From the NCBI GenBank assembly GCA_002633005.1, contig NMRA01000218.1, positions 1 to 64,000 of the forward strand: DNA of 64,000 bases. The letters are read 5' to 3'. Under the pieces are notes generated by a model that saw only the letters and a program-made list of their open reading frames with translations, searched no databases and was not told the DNA's origin. The translations under genes were made by a program, and so were the position numbers. Origin of the DNA: Phoronis australis (lineage: Eukaryota; Animalia; Phoronida). Shown here in pieces: positions 10,430-21,900 of the stretch; position 1 is the stretch's first letter, and every line of letters starts with the position of its first letter.

Positions 10430-12947
10430 CTAAACACTTGTTTCATGTTTGAACTGCTTGGTTTCTCTACGTGGTACCCAGATGTCATCGCTCTCATTAG
10501 AACTGGAGTCATCAGAATCGATGTATTCTCCTCTAATCCCATGCTCATAGGCACTGATTGAGCGTGGAAATGTACGGCCATCATTCTTTGCCGGTCTACT
10601 ATTGTCCTCTGCACTGTGGTGGTGAGCTTTGGCAGCCATTTTCTCCTGGTACTTGTGATTGACAAAGGCATAAGGGATTGCTTTACGTGGCTTATCCTTG
10701 AATTGATCATCCCAATTCAAGGAACGCTGCTTTCTTGAGCGCTTTCCTTTCCGATGGTGTCTGTCATTTGAACTTGGACCGTCAGATAGCATTATTTTGT
10801 TGTGGTCTGAACCTGACTGGTAACTAGAGTCATTAGATCGCAGTTTAGCATCTGACTGACTACCTGAGTCACAAGATTGCAATCTGTTGTCAGGTCGGCC
10901 AAGCTCTTGAGATTTATGCCTGTCTGACTTGTTAGGGTGACTCCTTAAGTGGCCTGTTTCTGATTGGCTACCAGAGTCAGGTGATCTACAACTGTCTCTC
11001 TTCATGCTTGTAGAACTATCCTGACTTAGTCTATTGTTACTGGGCTTGTCCAGTGACCTGCCAGATTGCCTATAATTATCTACACAATGACTTCTCGTTG
11101 GATGTCTTCGGTTAATACTGCTTTGTGACTGACTATCAGAGTCACCAGACCTGTAACCACGGTGTCGCCGCATGTCTGCCACATCAGATCTAATCGGGGA
11201 GAAATGTCTATTGCCGTAACTGGGTATCCTCTGCTCTATTTCATTCATAAAATCCCCAGCATTTCTTTGCCTTAGTCCGCTACCACTGAACGTGCCAGAT
11301 TCTGATGAAGAGTGCATCAAATGAGCACGTTCACCAGCTGGATTATCAGAGTCAGGACTGTGACTGTGCCTGAACGCTCTGCTAGCACCAATTTCAGTGT
11401 TGCTGGTCCCCACATGACTAAATGGACTCAGTTCTCTACTCTCTCTATAGTTCAGTTCAGGCTGGTAGTTGGTCAGCAAAGGTTCAGTGTTGAAGTCCAT
11501 CATTGCAGGGATGCGCTGGTGTTCCAGGATACAAGGTACCTTGTAACCGAAGTCAGGGCCGACCTTGGTAGGACCAGACTGACGTTCATACTCCAAAGGT
11601 GGTGGAGGGTCTGACGGGGGTGGCGGTGAGGGGAGGGTGGGAGAGCAAGCGTGACGGGTATTGTTAGAGTTGACAGGCATCAGTGAACTTTCTTGGTCGG
11701 AAAGTTCAGCATACATGCCCTGATCAACTTCATAATCAAAACAATCATTTCGCATGTACTCCCCATTGAACCCAATAGGCAGAGCGGGCGAACCATTTGC
11801 AGGGATCGTTCTTTCAGCACTGAGACGAGTGGGTGGATAGGATTGCACTAATTGTGAAGGTTTCTCTGAGCCCGATGAACAGATCACACTTTTGTATCCA
11901 GGCGGCGGGTCTGAACCAGGCAACGGCTCGGACTCCGACACAGATTCCTCAGGGTTTAAGTGTTTTCTGTAATCTGGCAAGGAGTCTGACACTGAATGAT
12001 TGTCCAGTATTTCTACAGCACCAACTTGTGCAGAGCCCTGAAATCTAACACTGGTATTTCTGTCACTCACAGGGCTGTCAGAGTGCATTTCACTATTCCG
12101 ATTGATGTTTTTCTCCGTGTTCAGTTCCTTGTTTAACAGTTTGAGTTGGTTGTGTTTCCTGTGCTTTTGCCAGAATTTCCTGGCCACACCATTTTGACGA
12201 GGGTTATAAAACTGTGCCACATACTCAGCTCCGCTATGCTGCGACTGTTCAGTAATGGAAGGCACCAAGTTTATGTTACTCTCTTTACGTGAATTCATCA
12301 CGACTGAAATTGATTGGTTGGTTTTGTCCGTTTTGTGACTGAGCTCAGACTCAACGCTGCTAGCTCGTACCACCAACTGACCATTACCATTCCTGGCATT
12401 GTTTACTCCACCGTTTATCGATGTCAGATTTATCGTATTTGTATGAACATCGTAGTCTTCACGTTTCTCACAACAGAAGGCATGTCGCCAACTAGAACGT
12501 GTGTCAATTCTTGCTAAACAAAAGTACACAAGCACAAATACTCCAAGCATTGAGCTGACCACTCCATACACGTAGGAGAATATCGTCTTCATGTGTGGTA
12601 TAATGTCCCTAAAAGGGGCAGCAGCTGCAAATGCTGCTGCCGTCCACATGACCACAAACAGAAACAACAAAAGCACCAACGCTCGTAACTGGTTGATAGG
12701 TTTATACTCCAAGTCTAAGACACTGCCATGCACTGACGATCTGACAAGATGAGCCTCAATGTTTTCTGTTGCTGATTCTATTTCAGTCGGTGGATTCAAG
12801 TCTTCAGTCTCTTCGCTAGGATCCGGCTGTTGAGGGGTCGTGCGCAGTACACAAGCAATACAGGTGAAAAAGATGCAGTTGATGACAATGAGTAGACTCA
12901 CTGGACCATAAAACGCTCCTAGACTTGGCTCCCAGGCAAGAAAACAG
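10430..12947 (-). CDS. ADGRA3: ADGRA terminal exon: TM5-TM7 and long cytoplasmic tail ending KHETSV
   Basis: 849-aa ORF trimmed to acceptor ttttcag| at 12948; phase 2. Confidence 0.95.
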
Positions 12948-15900
12948 CTGAAAAGATGATAAGATTTTATCCTACTCATTTTTAATTTGTTTTGTATTCA
13001 TCCAACAATAATTAAAATGCAATTCTTTCCAAGAAGTAAGCTTTATTTAGACCACATGTCACTATAATAATTGTCTCAGCGTATTCCTTGGTCAGGTAAG
13101 AACTGATTTCTGGGTTTGCTAAGAACTGGCAGTGCGTTATTCCTCGACATTGTGATCAGCACACAACATGACAGGCCATGACAAGCCAACTTGTAGAGCC
13201 TAGTCTCAAGCAATAACAAACTGACAATTCTCTGCCAGACCAATTTTACAGCAGTTGTAAATCAAAAGTGAGCTTCTTCGAAGGAATGTGGGATTGTAGC
13301 CACTCTAAGACAACAGCTGGTTGGATAGTGTTAAAAGAAATAAGTCCGTAACTGGTAGTGGCATAGTTAACATGATTTTCCAAACTATCACGCAACATCT
13401 GAATAATAACGAGCTTTCAAGAAATCTTGTAAGTTTAAATTTAAAAAAATCAGTAGCAAGAAGCCTCAAATGTGAACTTATTTCAAACTAGCCACACCAG
13501 CTTCACTGACCATAGCTAACATGCATGTTTGGATAGATTGTGAACTGTGATAGGCACAGACATCTGCTACTTACTATTCCTTCCTCGTGTAGTGGTCCAT
13601 GCTAACAGCCACCGTAATGCCACAGATAATGACAGGGACACCATACGACAGGAAATAGAAACCCAAAACAGGTTTGGGAGGTGGTGCCTCCTGGAGGTTG
13701 TCAGAGTCAACAGCTGGCAACTGAGGAGACCGTGTTTTGGTTAACTTCTTGTACATGATGCTAAAATGGTAAATGGGTATTATAGTGGAAGAGAACTGTC
13801 AATGGTTGATTATAATATAAAACTAACTGATTGTGACATCCTGAAGTCGAGCACTCTACCTTGATTTTGATGAAGCCGTTATTTATCAGTTATATAGAAA
13901 TTCAATCAGTGCTACAAAATTTGATCTGTTTTATAAAATGTAGTACTGAAATTTCTACAAGTGGTGAGACATAACCGAAGACTTTTTCAGTGCTGTTTTC
14001 ATGTTTTACAAAATACAAAATTCTTTCCAAGAACCTTAACAACCAAGCTAATTTTCACAAGGTTCGCATTAGAAACGATTGCGAATGTTATTTTTACAAT
14101 GGAATTATCTACGGTTACCTTTTACTTAAGTTATCAGAACGTTGCAGATCTTGCACTATTTGTACCCAAAGATTCATATTTGTTTATTTGTAAAGAAGAG
14201 GGCAACCCAAGTCCAAACAGTATCTTGAAAAACAACGTTGCAATGTTTCACTGTTATATTTATCAGAAAAGACAATCACTTGCTATTATAAAGAATTTAC
14301 CAGTAAAATGCAGTTTCTGGAATTATTACGACAACTGGCTGCTGCATGTTCCCTATTAACACACAGTTTCAACCCACATAATAACTATGGGACATAATTT
14401 TCAAAACCAGAAATTGAATTAGTGCATGCAAATAATGCCTTAAAAACTGTAATAGTGTGCCCATATTTTTTTCTAAAAAATGTTATTTTATAAATAGACG
14501 TGAAAGTTTCCAGGACTCGATTAAATATTACAACATTGAAAACACTACATGATTCAACAAATCCTTTACCTCATGAACGTATAATTACTTAAAGTGGCAT
14601 TTCACCATGTTTAGCTGGCTATAAAAAACAAAAACCAAGTTAGTCCTTATACTCTCATAAAACGGGTGTCATAATATTCCCTACCATGATAGGAATCCAT
14701 TTCTGTTACCAACAAGAACATCAAAGCCATCAGTGACTCTCGAGGAAATGCTTTAAAATATGTTGGGGTTTGCCAACCCAGAATTGCAGATTTGAAAACG
14801 GTGCATGAATATAATGCCTGTGACTTGAGTTGGTGGCCCATTCAGTGGTAATTCGCGTGCTAATGTTGTCAAACCTCAAAGTGCTTTGGTAAAGAATTCA
14901 ATATTGATAGCTGAACAGGGTTGGAATGAAGCTTTAAGTGGTGAACATGGATGAACTAGAGTAGGTGTACACTTTTTCAAAGCATAAGAGACTGTTATTC
15001 AGATTTATTTTGAAATCTTGCATGGAACGGAATTCTCCATGTGTAAAGTCCTTTAAGAAGAACAGGTGTTCGAAATACTGGGGTTTTAACTCTTTCAAAT
15101 CTCTATACAATATATATGCCAACTTTCACTTCTTTTACTTTTTCAGTTTCATACTCATCTGGTAATGGCAGCTCTATTTTATTTAATTTTAGCTAAATCG
15201 ACATCACACACGGTTTCAACAACCCCATGTATGGCATGCTCAACATGTAACAGACCTACCTAGCCGACACGGTGATCCAGAAGAGGGCGCTGATGGAGAA
15301 ATAGTGGAGACCAATACCAACAATTTTACAGCCAACCTCCTGATCTATTCTGTTAATGCCCAGGGTGTAGCCAACACACAGCAGCAATATACATAGACAG
15401 ATGTTGATCAGAGAGTGTTTAGCTTTCTTTGGGATCCTGATGTGACTGAAAGAAATCAACAACAGGTGTCGCTTCAATCAATTTATAGGTTGTCTGAGAG
15501 AAGAGGGGGCTAATAAACGACACCAGGGTAGATTTATGAAATAGCATTGTAAAGAATGATGAAAATTTTACACAAGTGAAAAACTGACACAGCAAATTAT
15601 AAGTCATGCATTAATGGCTATTTATTCACTTAGGTCCAGGAATTCTTGTTTTTTTTATCGTTCTGTACTCGTTCTGCAATGTTTGGAATTGAAACCAGAA
15701 AACGTTTTATGAGCTTTCATACAATTTTTAATTTTTTCAACATGAGTGGAGCACCATAGGGGGCTGGGGGTATGGCTAACCACTTTTTTCAGTGCGGCGC
15801 TGCCCATGGTCTATGGGCAGTACACCACAGGGGGGCTGGGGAGGCTATTGCCCCACCACACTTTTTTCAGTGCTGCGCCGCCCATGAACAAACGCACCTA

Positions 15901-18900
15901 TTTTTAATGGATAAAATAAACTTTGACAAAAATAGTCCTATATCCACGACTTTTCTGGTGACACCGAGTTAAATTTTTCTTGTTTACATTTGGAGAGTGC
16001 AAGCACATTGGAGCTTTGGCTATTTTCTTGTACCCAAAACAAAGATCATGAATCGTTTTGATGAATCACAATCAAAAAAAGTTTATTTCAATTTTAACCA
16101 CTTTTTCGCCAAACTCCGGTCCATCAATTTTCAACAAAGAGGCTAAACATCACCAAGGCATTCATATTTTCTGAACTATTTCTTTTTTGATATCAGATAT
16201 CAGTTAAAAATGTTTCACTGTCTCCAAATGCTATATAGACTTACATAAAGCAGGACACATAAGTCAACATGGTGGCTGCCAGACAGAGAATGCATATTCC
16301 ACTTCCTGCGTACATGACAGGCTGAAGGAGGAATGAAGACTGGGGACGGGACGAGTCCCAGGGAGAGTCCATGTCTGAAGAGGGTGTTGGTCTCACTTCA
16401 TCCTGAAATCAGAAAAAGAACAGATTTGGTAAGATGAATGTACGCCAAGGAGTGGAAACCACCTCATTAAGAGATCAGGACTAATCTGTGAGTTCTGTTA
16501 AGAAGAAATAGTTGTCAACACAATTCATTTCACAGGCAAAGAGAGAAAAAGTTGACAAAAAATGAGAGAACTTACAATACAAAAACCTCTTAAAATTACA
16601 CAGAATTTTACCAACACCTAGATTGCAAATCCTATGAAAGCGAATCACAATTTTAAGCCCAGGTTAGCACTGGCAATATTCACACAAGACTATGATAGAA
16701 AGAAGACTACGGCAATGGCAAAAAACACACTGGCTGTATTTATAGAACAAACAAGAGCATTCTGCCAAGTGATAGTGTTCCTTAAATAACAAACAGGAAC
16801 AATGGACTAAATAAACAATTCACTGCTGACTTTAAATAAACTGATCACTTGTCAATGTGCTTACATCCAGAAATCACCACTCACAGAAAAATGTCTTGCA
16901 CTATATTTGGACATACATACTCACTAGAAGTAAACCACTTAAGTTGTCACTTGAGCTATTTATCTGGAATTTGCTGCTGCTTCTGACCATCAGTTTTAGA
17001 ATGGATTGTATTGGTCAGCAGCAGTGTGTGACAACTGACAGAGCCCGTACTAATTTCTTCATGTTCAACAAGATTACAAGTTTAAATTCCACACGGTAAA
17101 AGAAATTAGTTCCTATCCCATGCAGCTCATGACATTTGAGATCATACCAAGGGGTAAACGGTCATGGGTTGAAAATTTTTTGGGTAAAGTCCTACTCAAG
17201 TTAAAGGTTAAATAAAGACACTTTCTTTCACAGAGCAACAGTCATTTTCCCAGGGGTCTGCGACAACTGTTGTAGATCGTTCAACAGCTGGTTATTTGTG
17301 CATGAGAACCAGTCACAAAAAACACGTGCAGAGACACCTGGCTGCAATCACATTCAGTCCAGAACACAAGAAACTGCACTGAACAATAATAATGCTAACT
17401 TCATAATAATAACAATAATGCTATCTACTTACAACTCACTGATCATATCCAAAATAAAGTCAGTAAACCTATAAACCACCTGAAACTCTTAGTAACTTAA
17501 AAGTCAAATGCACTGCCATCTACAACAACCAAGCACCGAAAAAAATCTTTTCCATGTTTTCAATACAACAAGTTGACATAACAATTTTACATGAGCACAA
17601 GCAGAGTTTATCAATTACTTCAGCTGCTGGACTTGGGTTGAAGCTAATCATTGCTGTTTGTGGCTTGTGCAGAGGTAAATCTTACCAGAATCACAGTACA
17701 TTCTACGTCACCAAGTCATTACTTTACAATGTGGGGGTGACAAGCGCCAGCCAGCCTGTCAAGCTTGACTTCACAACTGCCTGCAGCATAGTGTGTTCAA
17801 CCCCAACATTACACCTGTTCAACTCAGTTTGTTAATCACTTTAAAATTTCCTGGGAATACTGCAACCTAAGGCCATCATGTATGCCATGTGACACAGGAA
17901 ACAAAATTATGTAGACTTTGATACCCCGTATTTTTTCTATGTTGTATTTTTTACTCTAGCAGTTCCTCTGAAGCCAACTATACTCATAAGTCATGTCCAC
18001 ACCTTGAGTTACCCTGGAACAACTTGCTCCAGTCAGTGAAGTGTCCATACTAAACATCCAACACATTGTGATAAATATGGCACAAAAAGGATTATTCGAA
18101 TCCCATATGTAAAGTTCGTGTAATATTTTGTGGCTGACCTATTTTCTTCTTACCGTGTAAAAATTCAGTGCCAACTACAAGGGAGAAAACGTAACCACCC
18201 TATAGCAGAAATCTGCACATAGTCAAAGTATATTGAGGCCTCTATTTTCATGCGAAACTGAGTATTAAATACATATCCAACAAAAGAAATTTTGTTTTTT
18301 TGTAAAATTTGCACTGCATCATTCCTACACATCAATATATCATTCCGCAAGGGCATGCAACACCTCGCAGAAGTTTTTTGACGGGCTGTTTTCCACTTAT
18401 TCCAGTTGCAAAATTTGAACTGTGAACAATAGGAGGGAGTTTGCACTTAAGATTCACCTAACTTTGCATCTTCACCAACCTTAACGACATTCATATAGCA
18501 AGTCAGCCCTAGAGTTTTGGCCATGTATTTTGTCCTATTACAGGTTGCCTACTCAGCTACTTAGAACGACGAATGACGTAGTGGTTAGAGAGCACTGATT
18601 CAACTTCCACATCAGCAACTAGCCTTTCGACAAATTCTTCAAACTTCAGGTCTGTGAACTTCAATTTCTAGGGTCACCGGTTGCCAGAGCTATTGTCTGG
18701 CTAAGGTTAAGCGCCACGCTCTCGTGTAAGCGCCCACTTTTTATTTCATGAAACTTCCGATATAAGCATCCATCTCCATGTTAAGAGCAATCTACCCACA
18801 ATGCTTGTCAAACCTATGCTGCAACAATGTAGCTATAGTATGTTTATTATTATGCCAGATGTGTTCCATACTTCATGGACAGCAAGGACAAAGCAAACAT

Positions 18901-21900
18901 TCCTTCCCCAGTGTGTGACAGCATAAGCCACCAAAAGACCTGCTGGGCAATGGAGATAACCTGACACTGCAGAGCAATCTTGAGCCCCATTCACACACAT
19001 CCTACCCTTGAACAACTTGCACTAGTGCAACTTACCTCACTTTTAGGAAGAGCATCCACACACACACATTCAATAACTAGGGTAAGGCGGAAGTCCTCCC
19101 TCTGTACATGACAATAAACAGCTGATTCCAATATGGCACACAAAAGAAGACCTGTCTGTTATGTAATCGTGGATGATAATTACTTCCGCCTTGTGGCCAC
19201 ACAGGCATTAGAAGTGGCGCAAGTTACCCTAGAACAAGTTACTCAACCTCGATACGGTGGAGTAAGTTGTCGCAAGTGGGGCAAGTTGTACTAGTTTAAA
19301 TAGCGTTCACAGGACCCTCAAACATAGCGACAACTCGTTCTAGGAGTAACTTGTTCTAGGGTAAGTCAGTGTGTGGACAGCGCTTTAGATCAGAAACTGG
19401 ATAGTCGGTTCCAAGTTTAGATGAATATGTACTAAAAATGAAGATAAATCCAGCCTAGCCTTTACTACAATCATGACTGATGGCCTATGTAGACAGTCTC
19501 CCCAGGGCAAAGTATAAGTGCTCCACCACAGACAGCATGATAAGACCCTAAAGGACAAAACACACAACCAACATTCTGTGTAACAATAGAGTAGTCAAAT
19601 GATGCTTTGATTTCAGATTATCCCCCCTTACTCTGCTCATAATACCATGCACAAAGACATTCAGTATTCCAGCATAAGGCCTGATGACATATCTCAAATT
19701 ATAAATTGAAAGAACCTCATGAAATTGGTACACAAATTCTCAAAACAATGTTTTGTTTACTAAAAGTGAACTCAACTATACTGCCATTAATGCAGGAACA
19801 TACATCAGTCACCTGCCGTGTACAAATTCAGTCCAACCATTTTGAATTTTCAGTACTATTAAAGGCTACACCCCAGTCGAAATTGACATGCACTTTGGTC
19901 TCTCTACCCACTGTAAGTTTCCAAATCCCGACCCAAAGGCACACAAACAAAAAACATATATAACGTTCTATCTAATCTAAAAATCCAGACCACATACCAA
20001 TTTGAAGTTTCAGACAGAGCCACAAACATTCAGCTGATATGTCCACTTCAGGGTTCAAATCACAGTTCCAAAAACTAGATGACATACAGTGCACTGTGAG
20101 TATCTGAGACTGACAACCAGTTTTTCCAATCCATGGATACTGTGTTAACAAATTGTAAAATCGGAGCTTAGTCTCTCATGTAACCGTTACCACACTTACA
20201 ACATGTTAAAAACTTAAGTCTGGGCTTTCAGTAAAAACCTGTTGTGTTTTTACACTTGAATACCTGAAGCATCAGTAAATACCTCACTGTCAATGAGCAC
20301 TGTCCTTTACACATAACACACACACAATAGCAACTGAACATCAAAGATGTGAAAACAAGATTATTCCCACACTTCTTGAGTCTCCAGTTGGACAAAAGTA
20401 AATTAGCTGTGACCCTGCATGACAACAATTTTAATATACAGGGGTCATGAACACACACAGATTTAGACCCCAACCAACAGGACTACCACAAGCAGCTCAT
20501 AATGATGCATTAGTTTGAATTCAAATGACATAAGATTTTCTTCAAGATAGTTTTAAAAAGTCACAAACGTATTGTAATTAAACAAATTTTTCGTCCAAAT
20601 GTATACAGTATATTAAAATCTAACAACAAAAGCTCCAGTCCAATATACATTGAGAATGAAATTTTTATACAAGTCTAATCGTTACCATAATTTCAGTAGC
20701 AATCTTTAATGCTAACGGCCGCAGTGTAGAAAGATTAAAGGTGAGTGCTGTTTACGTTATAATGACTACTACCTTGGAACATCTCATTTCTCATAATGCA
20801 GTGGCGAATATCAAATGTTTTGACTTATTGTGTTATATGGCTAACTAGGGCTAGAATACACCTCATGGTGTTATTTTTGGCATTGTTATGAAAAGTATCC
20901 ATGGACTTAAGGTTGTGTAGGACCTTATTGACAAATCTTCATATTTAGGTAAGGATCTACAAAACCATAGATTTTAAAACAGTGAAAATATTTTGGGAAA
21001 GTAGAAAATCTGTAAAATTTGATAGTTGACTTTTTGACCAATCTGCCATTAATTGGGACAGATGACCATTTTTAGTAATATTTAGCAAAAAGGAAAGATA
21101 CACTGAGAGCAAAACAATGGTATCGATGACACGATCAACTCTAATTTGATATAAATGTTCAGGATGAGATCTCAGAAATGCTGTTGTCATTTTTTAAAAT
21201 ATCATTTCTTGTTCGCCTCATGTAACTTAGTCCTATTTTTGATCACCCTTCATGCAAAGGTGGAACATTTTAAAAACAATTTCCAACGATGTTTTGAAAA
21301 ATAATCCATAAAGCACAGTATCTGAAAGTATATGAATCTGATCAGTCATTTCTGAAATATGATGTTCCAAAGTTAGCCAAATTTAGACATTTTATAGGGT
21401 CTTACATAACAGTAATAAACAACTTCATATCTCACTTAAGTTGACTATATCGATCTGCTGAAGCAGCATTCAATATAAGTTTAACTTCTAAAGACAGATG
21501 GATTATGTAAAAGTTTTAGTAGAGGGCAGAGGCTAATTGAAATGTGACACTAGCAAAACAGGTAAACAAGAGTTAATTAACTATTAAAGAGGTGTAGACC
21601 ACTTAAAATGAGACAGACTAAACCAGTGAGATTAGCTAACGATACTATCGATAGTATCGTAAGTCAATAGTCACTTTCTGGAATATCACCATGCCTTCTC
21701 TATAATTCTGCAGTATTTACCCACAATGTTATGTACATGTCAAGCACTTGTCGTACAGTTCGTAGTGCACTGCTGCTGTACATATCACGTTATGTGTCAG
21801 CAATAGTTTGCCATTCGTCAGTCTGATACCAATTAAAAGTAATTCTCTACTAATTTAGCACACTCACCTCATTTTGCACACTCAAAATCATTTATAAAAA

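Noticed and set aside
10354-10710. 118-aa alternative-frame ORF overlapping the ADGRA C-terminus, and antisense ORFs at 11312..12517
   Set aside because: Shadow ORFs of a long coding exon; the main frame ends in the family-typical PDZ motif
11600-11645. Possible LRP6-type PPPSP motif in the tail
   Set aside because: The sequence is LPSPPPPSD and does not match PPP(S/T)P
14593-14933. Possible TTAA-flanked MITE
   Set aside because: TIR match only about 8/12
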